Source of the DNA: Fimbriosthenelais zetlandica
Lineage: Eukaryota
DNA length: 64,000 nucleotides
Assembly (NCBI GenBank): GCA_977030845.1
Contig: OZ365111.1
Span: 40,176,001 to 40,240,000, forward strand
Direction: 5' to 3'
The notes below the pieces were generated by a model. That model had not been told where the DNA came from. It was given only the letters and a program-made list of their open reading frames with translations, and searched no databases. The translations under genes and the position numbers were made by a program. Shown in pieces: positions 13,801 to 26,140 of the stretch; position 1 is the stretch's first letter, and each line of letters begins with the position of its first letter.

Positions 13801-15979
13801 CGTGAATGCATTTTAGAATGAATAAGCTGGCTTCCCTGGAATCAGGCCTGAATCAATATGACAACTAGGCTAAATACGTGGACTAATTATCAAGGCCTCG
13901 TCCACTCTGGCAATAACAGCTTGATTATTTTAGCAGGCAGACAATAAAGTGTTATTACGTGTTTTTCCTGTCGTCGCAAAGTCATTGACATGTCTATCCC
14001 AGCCACCTTTTCGACCCTTCTGCGGATGCAACCATAATCAAGGCTAATTTGGTTGACACTTTTTTCATTAGCATAATAAATAACCTAGGAACAGACAGAA
14101 CAGAAGCGGCAAGAGGGTTATGGCCTTCGAGCCAGAAATGTCAGATCTAGGCAGAATGGAGGTCATTGTCTTGTGCTAGTACATATAATATATACTGAGT
14201 AAAGACAGAAATTAAGAACGAAACATGTCGGAAATAAGAAGAAAGATCAGTATAGCTCTTTTCCTACTAAAAATTCCATTACGAGTATGATGGAGAGGCA
14301 TTTGTCTGCATTTATCCGTCCGGGATGAATAGAAAAGATGAAGTACAACTCCTTCTCTTAGTCTTATTTCAAACCCTCATCGCCAGACAACTGAATCAGA
14401 GAATGTACTTGTAGGGAACAGATTGAATTACAATGCCTTTTTAATATTGCACCCTAAATTCATTCTCCATATCAATTTACCTTGGGCGGAGTTCATCCTC
14501 TATATTTTACTCTGATCTCTCAATAATGAAACCGTTTAAGGCCATTAAATACTCTTCCATTGCAGGCAAATGCAGGCAGGGAAGTGGTTTTCTGATTATA
14601 CCTCATGAGTTATTAGTTAAAGGAGTCCCTTTAAAAGGCCATCAAGGCAGGCTTTCTTGGCTGAGGTAATTGCTTCACAATTACATGTAATGCATCTAGG
14701 AGCTAGATCCAACGACCCGCATTATGTGACCACGTACATCATAAATCAGACAGGTTTGTTTTTAAATTGAAAACCGGAATCAGGACTGAAGTCAAATTCA
14801 ACATGTTTACCATATCAGCATCGAGCGATAAATTCCTCCTATGATGGATTGAAGGGACACAAGGGAACTGAAACGTTTCAAGTGACATCACAAAAATCTA
14901 TACCTCGTATACCCAATACAACAAGGGTATATATGAAAGACATGGGTAAACATGGGGTCTTTTGAAAAGCAAGTGCTTATCATCCTCTATAAGGTGGTTG
15001 TTGGCCAATCTTGAATGTTAATATCCAGCCGAGTGAATGATCCGGTGCTTGTAGGACCAGCTCTCATCGTATATAAAGGGATCATAGGCTGGAGTTGAAG
15101 TAGAAGCCAGGAGTAACATAATCACACCTGTCAGATCAGATAATGCACACCACAACCACCTAGAAGCCATTGTGGCGCTCTTATGTTAGGGATAAGCGAC
15201 ATAACAGAGCTATTGTATTGGATCATAGGAAGTGCTATCATAAATGTGCAAGGCTTTTATGAATAAATGTGGGTACGAGGGCAAAGTCCAAGAGCGTTAT
15301 TGGTAATGTGGGACAGAATGGTTATAACATTAAGTACTGTTGTATTAGAACCTCATTCCCACCCACTATCCGAGGGAGCATTTCAATATTGAGAGACGCA
15401 TCTAGGCAGAGGGTTTTTGTTAGACCAACAGTATTACCCGAAGTGACGATGGATGAATATTCTGTTTCAAAACAAAAATTAGCCATAGATTTAGCACTGA
15501 TAATATTCCTTTTGACTTAGCACTGCTAATTTTGTTTTGAAATAGGTCCCTGTTCATCAAAATTCCCGACTGTATTCGCACTGGGTGATTCTAGTCCGGA
15601 GTCCTAAGATTTCCAATTTTGGAGCGACACTGGAACTGTCCTACTTGACAAAATTGAATGGCGTCATGTAGTCTGAAATCCAGCCAGAGCCCATGCGATG
15701 TGTCGTAAATTGCACAGAGTAATAATCATCACCATTAGGAAACTCACTGGGTAATGTCCAATATTAACAGTTTGAAAATCTGCTCCTTCAGTTAAAATTT
15801 AACAGCTCAATTGAACTAGATATGAATGGCCCTACACTAGTGAAAATAGCGTTTGTCATAAAAAGATCTAATGAAGAAGTAGGCAAATGACAACAGGACA
15901 ATATGTAGTGCACATAAAATGGAAGGGGAAGAGATGATTTAAAGTGAATAAAAGTTGCCTGTGCAAAGCTTTTGTCTCG

Positions 15980-16179
15980 TATAGGCAGGAGCACATTGGC
16001 ACCGTTGGCAGCCGATTCCCCATTTCTAATGACATCTAATGACTGAAATTCTGTCAGCGGTTACCCTTACCTAGGTGTAACAAACTCTTCAAATTACAAG
16101 CATTGGATGTGAACAGGAATATAGAATCGGACAGCTATCGGATGGTGCATCGGATTAATTTAGTGTGTGGCCAACTTTA
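15980..16179 (-). mobile_element. Diverged copy of the MITE at 62006-62212
   Basis: About 130 bp of clear inverted homology to 62040-62160 (shared CCATCCGATAGCTGTCCGA, TTACACCTAGGTAAGG, GATGTCAT[T/C]AGAAAT). Termini are degenerate. Confidence 0.65.
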
Positions 16180-18794
16180 GCCTAGATGAGGCTATGGTCG
16201 TCTGAGAAGCCCAATGGTTAATATGACAGTTATATGCATCGAAAAGGATCCAGGCAATGTCTATATGAGCCCACTAATGAGAAGGTAGGCTAGTGGAAGT
16301 TGGTATGGTTCATAATCCACGTTAATGGCCTATTTCACTAAGAGCAGGCACCCTTAACGAGTGCGCAGTTTGGAGGCCAATCTTCTACTGCTTTGGTAAT
16401 TGCTCCTGCATCAAGGCATCATATATTGTTTTCTTCACATGCTACATTGAATGCCTCTTTAAAAGCACTTAAGATGTTTATTGAATCATGGTTCCTACAA
16501 TATACAATGAGAGATTCCCACAGATTGAACCTTTTGGACTCCTGAGAACAGGGCTACTGCTGCGGTTGGAAAGGCAATTGATTTTGACATAAGGCGAAGG
16601 CTGTTAGTTATTTGTGGGTGGATCTCGATAAACGTCTGCAGAATTTTTAAAAGAAAACCTTCCTCAGACGAATAATATACATGTATGACTTTGTACTTCG
16701 AAGACTTTCGGTTCAAAACGCATGGGAACAAATCCCAAGCGCTACCTAAAAAACAAGGCATGGTAGAGAGTCCTACCATTTTTTGCTCATTTCTTTTGTA
16801 TAAACAGAGCTGTATGGTGCTGCGCTGGGTATGGCTTGATGTTGTGTTCCCTGGTTTATCACTCCTGACACCCACACATCATCAATTGATCGAGCATCTC
16901 AGGAAAGGCCGGCCCGCTAAATGAGCAATTTAGCCGAGGGCTCATATCGGTCGCCTGATTAGAATATCGCCGCCATCAAACGTCTTGTCTAGGTAGCTTC
17001 GTGCACTGCCGATTCTGATTAGCTGAACTATCTTTGTAAATCCTTCCCAGGCCTACAACAAAACCACATAGGCACACACACACCACCACCCAGACAGAAG
17101 CCACTATTGAGCTATTTGTTACTGTTCCTTGTCTGTCAAAACACCACGTGGCCATGCTTGAATATCCCATAGCGGACCGAGCTGAATCCCCGGCCACACA
17201 CGAACCATTGATCATTGACTATAGTCTTGTCTACCGTCTACTTTTAAGGTTTCCTTGCGAAACACACTCATTTACATATTCATATGGCGTTATTAGGTTG
17301 AGGTAATTTGCTGAATTTCATAAATAATCAAAGGTCTTGTTTTTTACTGCATAATCCCATGTCCAACACTGTGAGGCTGGACCCCCACTTCATCATATGG
17401 AATATGCGAATTGTTCAATTAAACTTGATGACTCAGAAATAGATAGAAACTGGTAATGTTCCCATATATAGTGTGACTAATTAGGCATAAGGTAGTTTGT
17501 CTGACAGGCAGGTCAAGTATTATTTGGTACTCACTTCAAGGAGACAGACATTGGAGTAGCCTTTGTAAATCAGCAATGTTTTCCCGTCACACTCAAGGCC
17601 AGTAAACGCATCAATAAACCTTCCCAAGAGGCAATATTAAGATACTTTGTCGCACATTACTCATCAAGGCCTTCTCTTCGATATTCTGAAAGTTGTCACT
17701 TTCAACTCTTTGTTCTGCCTGTTGTAAGTGAGTTTTGAGCAAATATAGCAGCAATAGAAAGACATCGATACGAGAATATGAAATACGGTGTCATCAAAGG
17801 CACTACTATATTGAAAAGATATGTGCACTCTAAAGAGAAAATAAAAATTCTTCTTCTCGGTGCTAGACCTGACTTGACTTTTGTTATTTTGTCACCGACA
17901 CCATTCAGTACAAAGATGTCAATAACGATTTACAACATTCACCACTGCAACTAAATCCATTCCGAAGTAAGATGATCATAAATGTTGATCTGTGTGCTCA
18001 GAAACGTTGTGCATTCTTTATTGTGTTAAGACAATCGTCAAAATGTTAAACTGCACTGTTTCTATAATAATTCACACAAATACATTTGTATGACTGAATC
18101 ATTTTATGGGCAAGTAAATGCCTCAAACCATGTAATATATATTTTGTGAGTATCTGCTGCTGATGCTAGCAACAACATTAATAATTTAAACCAGCCAGTG
18201 ATCAGGGTTTTTAGAGCCACTGGCTTGGTCCAACCTATGCATCAACAGAGCAGCCACCAATGAGGCAATATCTATACAAATGAGAGGCTCGGCTTGGGCT
18301 AGCATTGCTAAGGCAGTGGCGAAGAGTCAAGCTGGAGAGCTCCGGCATGAGAGAGACAGATGACAAAACCTTGGGCTAGATTGGTCGTTTCTTAGTATGG
18401 CAACATTATACAAATTCCAAGTTAACGCTGTGGGTGAGGGTATAATAGGATGAGGGCAAACAGCCTTGGCTTTTAGGGTGAGCATAATACAAGTTACTCA
18501 GCTATCTGGGTTTTTTTTCCGCTAGGTTTAATAGATAACTGGCTGAGGAGTGGGTAGTTGATGTTAACCATGGACTGTGTGTTTGGCCTGGGTGTTGGTA
18601 GGTCACATCATGGATTTAACCAGGCATGGTGCAAGTAGGCATAGAGGGAGGCGGTTAATATTTCATGAGGATTAGGTCAAGCGATGAAATCAATCAAGTG
18701 ATCAGCTTGGATTGACCATGTGGTCTGGGAGGTTCCCCAGACATGATCACATGGAAAATGATAATAAAAAGGAATTACTGGCGGTGGTTGCCTG

Positions 18795-18863
18795 GGGCCC
18801 GTTTCAGCGTAAACTTAGACTTTCCATAGACTTAGCATTGTTTGTTCTGAATGAAACAGGCCC
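18795..18863. mobile_element. 69-bp ultra-short MITE with CTG target-site duplication (CWG-type Harbinger-like)
   Basis: CTG|GGGCCCGTTTCA...TGAAACAGGCCC|CTG: 12-bp TIR with 1 mismatch, direct CTG on both flanks, central CCATAGACTTAGCAT. Confidence 0.8.
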
Positions 18864-20559
18864 CTGGTTGGCTCTGCTTGTTGTGGAGTATAGACCAATA
18901 GATAGAACACCGGGGGAGTGATGTGTGGGGTCTTAAGTGCGATGCCAACAGATTCATATGAATATTCTCAATGGCAATTGCTCGGCGAAACGACTGTAAC
19001 CTTATTCTATATATTGACCATTACATTTATACGATATTATATAATAGAAAGCCTGTATCCAGCCAGAATGAATTTCAAGGGAACCAGGTAATATTCCAGT
19101 ATGACAATAATGCAGCTGTTACCGCTTCCAATTAAAACAGGCTTCATCTGGGATGAGTCAGGGGTCACATAATCTGTTATACCTCACTCCCGTATACATA
19201 CCCACTACCTTATATGATTTATTCCTTGGATTTGACTGCCAATACCCCTTACATAGCAGCTTAATGAGGCTCTGCTACGATAACAGCCTGTGCACATTCA
19301 TGTGGGCCAATCATCTGGCCACTGTGGCTGGGTGGGAATGCTGTGGGCTGGCCCTTTTATCTTGCCCTCTCCCACTTATGAATTATACAAGCATGACATA
19401 AAATGGCCATCCTTCAAGAGGAGGCCTTACAGCCGAGCCTCTTATAAAGAGAAACTTGAATGGTAGGAAGAGGTGAATCACCAAAGTGTTAACAGAAAAA
19501 AGAAAGAGCCTAGGTTTTGTCATCACCACACAGTGATTAACTATTAATTCTGATTAATAAGCCGGCTATGTTTTCATAGTAGGAGCAGGAGCTTGGGAGG
19601 ATGAGGTTTTCTTAGGGGCAAGATGTTTCCAATAAAAGCTTTTCATTTAATCCAGCTTTTGACCAAACAAAGCTGGCCTGCTTTGGCTTCTTTCTCGACT
19701 CACCACCTGCCCAGCTCAGTTAACTGAACATTGTTCCAAGGGACTTTTGTCTGTAAGATGCTTACGTGAGAGAATCGTGTCAAGCGGGACAAAGGCAGCC
19801 ACATAGAAGAAGATTAATTGCTAGTAAAGTGACTAAAATGATACACTGATTGCGATACCTGAAGAACATGAAAACAATGTCTCCATTAATAATGCATAGT
19901 GCACCGCATTCAGATAAATCCTTTGATCATAAAAGATTTAATGCGAAGGGGTTTAGGTTTTCTCAGAGAATTACGCATGGAGACTGCTTTTCAATAAAAG
20001 GTTCTATCTCTGACACCATTAAGTAGGCATCTATCAACTTAATGACTTTCATATTCATCTCATTAAGTGCGAATACACTCGACTGCAAAGAAGTATGGTG
20101 TTATAGGCGTACTGAAATGAAGCATGGAAACGTTGAATTAAGCCCCAAATGAGGATCGTCAAGAATAGACTGTGACTGGGTTATTTCAAAAGGAATTCCT
20201 TTTTAACCAAACCTACACCGAGTCTGGAATCGGGACGGGGATGGTTACAAGATGCACTGTCAGGGCACCCTCAATTGTCTCCTTTGATTCAATTCAACTT
20301 CAAAGTGATAAACCTAATCAAGGTCGACGTGCCAGATTCAATTAACATCATGAGTTATGGAGCCGCAATTTTAAATTGCATCACATCCAATCATGGACTC
20401 CCTTTCACAGCTCGCTATTCCTGATGCTGGTAAAGCTACCCTGAAAATCCCGTCTCAATGGGAGCAAATTTGTTGTCGGCTTTATTTACTTTTATCGGTC
20501 ATTTCCTCCGCAGCAGGCAAAGGCCTGAATATGAACTGGCTTCCTGCTATTGAGAGCTA

Positions 20560-21116
20560 TAGAAGCCAGTGCCTCGTTGGTTGGCTGATGAAAAGCCTGC
20601 TCAGCACGTCCACAAGTCAGGCCCGATCACTACTTGCCACCTAATCAGCTCTCCTTAGATGGTCCAAGCCAGAGGAAATGACACCAGTCAGGAGGGTTGT
20701 GTCATCTTGACAAAAATGTCCTCTGCTCCTATCATCTCCTCCCAACTCCAACTCCTCCAGCCTTTCCAACATGGCCATCTGCAAAATGATCCTGCAACCA
20801 AACTGGCTCCCGTGTTAGCAGTTTCCGGTACGAACTGGCGAGTCCAAAAGCAGCTGGAGAGTGGCCATAAAACGCTACAATTGAATCACATTGGGCGAGT
20901 TGACACTCAAGGACCGACCACAGCAGTGAAAGAGAGAAGCCTATGTGAGTAGTGCGACTTTGGGGGCCATTTAACGGGCCAGATGAACACAAATGATCCT
21001 ATGGTGGAGCAGCTAAAACGAGTACTAATTGGATTAGTCCAGTCCAGCCTTTTCTCAGCTCCCAAAGGCCAAGCAGTGAGCCCAAGCATGCCATGCAGAT
21101 GAGTGTGACAAACCAA
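20560..21116 (-). mobile_element. Possible decayed RTE-clade LINE 3' fragment
   Basis: Minus-strand fragments AWPLGAEKRLD, FADGHV and AD*VASSDRA*LVDV resemble RTE ORF2 C-terminal motifs (W.L...EKRLD, GHVxR, W...AxDRxxW...V). Frames are broken. Confidence 0.3.
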
Positions 21117-23809
21117 TCAAGAAGGACAAACTGTGGTCAATAAGACAATTGGTTTCAATTTCATGAAACAGAAGTTTTCTGAACAGAGAATGATGCGGCA
21201 GTGCGGTGGGTGACACTGAGCCTTTCACCTTTCATCACAAAGAACTGTTGTCTGAATTTTCTTCCTTTTCAGAGAAGCACGAATGCCAGGCAAGGATTTA
21301 ATACAAACTTAATTATGTGCAGAATGTGATTCCGCAATGCAGTCCTTTGTAGTTCATCAATCTATAGGAATCAGTATCCTAACGCCTCGCAAATATTATT
21401 GCTGCATTGTTTGCAAATTTCTTCGGGGGATATTTTCCTTTTGGCTCAAGAGTCTTATATACTCTTGGGAATTACTTGAAAGAAACATTGAGAGAACGAG
21501 ACAAGGCAATGAAAAGGCATTGAAATCCATCCCGATCTAAGATCAAACATTAAGTTACCTAATGTGTTTTTTATGCATGTCTGAGGCAATTCAGTAAAGG
21601 CAGCAATCAATGATGCTTGATCTAATGTTGTCGATATAATATTCATCTTGACTTTATTCCCTGGTAGGTCTCTTGATGGATTTGCCCGTTTATGAATTCA
21701 TGAATGCAAATGATGCTGTCCTGACACCCAATAACACGCAAGGCTCTGATTTGTGACAATGATTTCCCTCTCCATTTCATGATGTCTCAGTGGCCTACTC
21801 ACTCCCGCATCCATATCTCTAATTCAATAGATGTGTATTTCCTAAGTCACCTATGGGAACGAGGAGGAACGGAACACCTAAAAAGTAGACACATTCTACG
21901 AAACAGATATATGTAGACAAGCATCATGTCAAATACAATGTGGATAAAAAAGTGATCTTGGGAATATATAAATTGATATCCACCTGGAAAGAGCAATAAG
22001 TCAGGGTTGGTTCTGCCATTTTAGATAAAATCTAGATAATTATGAGTCAAGCCAGTTCATAATTAATAATCTAGTATACATGTTGTGCATGTTGGCTTGT
22101 ACCATATTCCTAGAATGAGATGCAGACAACTCTTAAAAATTACCTCCAGAAAAAAAACGACGTAATCCTTTATCATGATTCAAAACAATCACACACTTTT
22201 ACATTAAGCAAAATAGGTTTAATCGATATTTAACGTCCGACTAAAATTGAGATGTTCTAAATAGTGAAAAGTGGAGGCATGCTATTGACTACATCGTCTG
22301 AAGCAGCTAGGATGATTTGGTATGCAATTAAGGCCCGGTGTGGATGGTACAGAGCATGCAAAAACATTTTCAGCCTACCTTGAAAAAGCTTGGATTACAA
22401 AACCTGGCTGGATAGCTGTTAGGAATGACAGGAACACATGTGCGTTGAATGGTTCAGCCACTTTCCCACCCAAGTCCATTTCACTGCCTCTCTTGTCGTG
22501 CTCCCAATATATTCCAAGGCGAACAAAGGAACAGCCCTTTCCCCCATGGAAATATTAATCGGTCATTGATACATTTTCCATTACCCTAAGTAGCTTGAGC
22601 ACCCTTTATATAAATGCCCGGTAGAATGGACAGTTATGGCCTGCTATAGATGTAGGGCAATTCCCTGATTGATGAAAAAGTTGAGGCGATATGGTGGTCT
22701 AGTAGGCCATCTATGATAAGGCGATCCCAATCGGTAATTACAACTACAACCACTCCCCTCATATAGCATTTTCGAAATCCAAAAACTGCCACAGTTTACA
22801 CGATCACTTTAACGGTAACCAACTAAATCTTGCAAACAAAAAAGCCTTTATTGCATGAATAAAAAGAACTGAAGTTAAAAAAACCAAATGTTGAATGAAC
22901 TTGAGAGGATCTTCAAAGGTTTTTATATAGTATAATAAAGAATGAATTGGTACATTACCGTAGTACATTATGGAGTGTAGAGAACATTACATTCAGGTTC
23001 TGCTATTAAGTATTGACTTTTACACTATAGTGCGCCTGACGCACCAATCACACACCACTCATAAAGAGGCCATGCTTTAATTGCGCACTTTCCTATTTAT
23101 GTGATCATTTGTTGAAAGTAATTCAAATCAATCAACTTATTCATTTCCTACAGCTCTTAAAGGAACTGTGGCGTCGGAGCATGTGAAAGGTTTCGTGCGC
23201 GGAAGAGCCTGCATGTGAAAAACACCCGCAAACAGTATTTTTCTCCATCCTCCTCGGCAGACACGCAAGGTCTCCATTCCTCCTCCCATGTACTTTTTTC
23301 TCTTTCCATTCCAAACTTTGGTAAAATCCCGTTCTATTTATTTTATATGGGCAGATTTTTCAAGGGCGTCTTTAATAAGCGTGGATTTCTTTGAGATCTC
23401 TTGGAGATCTCAGTGAGGAAACTTGGTGTTTTGCTGGCTTTCATCCTTTTCCAATGTAAGTTAACCTTTCAGAGTATTCTGATCAGGTCTGTCTGGGGAG
23501 TGTAGTTACAAAGCTTTTCGAGCAATTCTGGAAAACAACCTTTGACGTCAGTTAAATTCAAACTGAGTATACGCTTGTCTTGAGCTTTCAACACATCACT
23601 TTGTTCATAGATACAAGGGTGTTGTCCTAGACCGTTGTATAACTACAAGATGTTCCAAACCGACATTTATAATGTCAAAAGGTTCATTCAAATTTATTCA
23701 ACTTATTCAAATCAGCATTCAGTTAAACCAAGGACGAATTTTTATGTATTCAAACCATATTTCCGCTAAAATAGTCGTATAACTGGAGGCCTTCACTGCC
23801 CATGACTTC

Positions 23810-24195
23810 ACTCCTGATGAGCAATTCAAAATGGGTTTTGAGCAGTGATGAGCAGGTCGTTAACCAGTGGTAAGAAGGCAATATTGACTGAGGTGCTCCT
23901 TTTCTTCTACTACGAAACAGGTTCCTGATTAGGTGTGTGAGAAATTAAGAGTAGTGGAAGGTAAAAGTATTAAGAGCAGTTCAATGAGCATTTCAATATA
24001 GAGATGACATCATATCTGAGCAAATGTGAGTACGGAATTATCATGAGCAGGTCGTCAACCAATGGCAGGAGACCAACAATGCATGGCTTCACATTTAACA
24101 ATGAGGTTGTGCATGTTTGTTACGAAACAGATAACTTTATCCCATGAGCAGTTCGAAATAAATCTTATCACCCATGAGCAGATGTGAGCAGGTCG
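23810..24195. repeat. Degenerate repeat with nine TGAGCA motifs (two diverged ~200-bp units)
   Basis: TGAGCA x9 in about 375 bp. TGAGCAGGTCG x3. TACGAAACAG at 23911 and 24121. Confidence 0.7.
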
Positions 24196-25466
24196 CGATG
24201 AAAGTGATTTGACCTAATTTTGACACTAATGATTTCTGCTCGTGCTATCCAGTTGCCACATATAAAACAGGACATGGGGGTATTTCTTTATGACAGCATC
24301 CTGACTAAATAATTCACAATGGGAATACCATCCGTTTCTATGACAACAGCCTGGGCCATGAACCCTTGGCATGTCAATTACATTGATTAAAGAAGCGGAA
24401 TGAATCCGGCAGGTAAATCTTGTTAATTAACTCTTAATCATATTGCATCTTGCCGCCCGGATCAGCAGCGGGAGCTAATGCCACTACCTGAATCTTGTTG
24501 TCGGGGGGGGGGGCCTTAAGAAATTTCCCATTGGCATTACTAAATCTCTGGGCGGCAACACCTGTTTGGGTCTTCTAGAAGCATAGAGTATACTAACACG
24601 CTATATAAGTAAAGCCCTTGTTATTTCAATGGCCAAGATTTCAGTGTTGCTGGGCAGCAGCTTATTTCCCGACCTCAGCATCTCACCGTATGCGGTGCAC
24701 ACCTGATTAATCACTGCATAATGTAATCAGTGTGCTACTCGGTAGGAAGCACCATGGCGGAAGTGTAGCAGGGTTCGCTAACTAATAGGGTGCCACCTCT
24801 GATTTACAATAAGCAATTCTTAAACAGGCTAGCCGCGTATAGAAAACCTATCACCTGCCACATTTCAACTGTCACATGAGCAAAAAAAAGTCACAGGGGT
24901 ATAAAAGGCAATGATTTATTATTTCTCACTGCTTACATAGGTGCGTTGGGGTATTCATGGGAATATTTGAAAGGGATACATCACAATGCATGAGTACATA
25001 TGTGCATATGTCAGCTTCAATAAGAAATGTTTGTGCTCATATTTAAATAAGACATAACATTTATAAAAATGCTTGAGCTATCTGCATTGTATAAGTGCTA
25101 CCTTTTTGCCTCAAAGAGGAAATTGTATTATATATATACCGGTAGATAAAAAGATCTACAATGTTGCTTTCGGAATTGCTATAATCCCCAGGCGTCTGTG
25201 CTGCTGGATCATAGAAAAATGGAGAAGAGCGTTTGTATATATGGGATCAAAAAGTTAGAAAAATGAAGAGAATAAAACCATCAGAGGATCGATCTGTTGT
25301 TATAGACATAGGAGCGATGTGGGAGCTGGGTGTATTGAAGGCTGGATATACCTGCAAGGCTTTGTTTTTGGACATGGCGATAGACTCCCTTCTCCAGAAA
25401 GAAAATGTCCTTTTTTCATTTTTAACCATTTAAGGTACACGTAATTACCCTGTTTGACAATCTGTT

Positions 25467-25750
25467 GAAAAAAAACAATTATATAAAACCGACGAGCTCC
25501 AACAAAACTGCATTGCCCAGAATACGATCGGGGCCATTTCTCGAGACAAATTTAGACGGAATCAGAACAAGAAATGGAGAAAACATAACTGAATTCCTTG
25601 TGGAAAAAAAATTATATAAAACAGACGAACTCCACCTCTGTTCAAATAATAATGAAACTGCATTGCCCAAAATATGATCGGGGCCATTTCTCGCGACAAA
25701 TTTAGACGAAATCAGAACAAGAAATGGAGAAAACATAACTGAATTCCTTG
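25467..25750. repeat. Tandem duplication (about 134 bp + 148 bp)
   Basis: Copy 1 is 25467-25600 and copy 2 is 25603-25750. They are near-identical apart from a ~16-bp indel and a few substitutions. Confidence 0.95.
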
Positions 25751-25899
25751 AATCCAATTCTTGAGGTGAGAGATTATCAAAGCCAAATGGGAGAGGGATT
25801 GAGAGAGAAGATGGGAGGGACATCTATTTCAATCAGTGACAGCAGACCTCAGACAGAGTGATGTTGGAAGTGAGTGATCAGCATACAGGGCATAGTAAG

Positions 25900-26140
25900 A
25901 CCAAGAACATTAAGAGATGTGATTGGACTGTAAGGGATTGCATATTATTGAGCTGGAGGAAGCAAGGCTACTGGAAAGCTGAGAGAGGTGTGGGAAGATA
26001 GCTATGTCCCACTGTGTGTTCTCACAGAGCGACATCGACTCGTATAGGCCAGCAAGCGGCAATCAATAGCTTCTTCTTACCACGGCACATGCCATCAAAT
26101 AGCCTCACGGTCACAATAGCTCTTCAGATATACATTCATT
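25900..26140 (+). mobile_element. Possible CR1-type LINE 3' remnant
   Basis: INSFFLPRHMPSNSL resembles the CR1 ORF2 C-terminal NSFFPRTIxxWNSLP. Upstream IELEEARL is weakly consistent. Confidence 0.3.

Noticed and set aside
16065-16085. CCTAG|GTAAGG as a recursive splice site in the long intron
   Set aside because: Poor pyrimidine tract, and the motif is part of the MITE also present at 62110-62125.
16640-16720. Minus-strand CCGAAAGTC and CTGAGGAAGG hammerhead-like halves
   Set aside because: Wrong order for a type-I fold, and the helices cannot be closed. At most a fragmentary relic.
17533-17720. Minus-strand exon-like segment (AEQRVESDNFQNIEEKALM...) with GTGAGT donor
   Set aside because: Stops in all three frames before the donor; no neurexin similarity.
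23813-23930. CTGATGAG...CGAAACAGGTTCCTG as a hammerhead
   Set aside because: The cleavage triplet reads GAT rather than GTH, and helices I and II do not pair.
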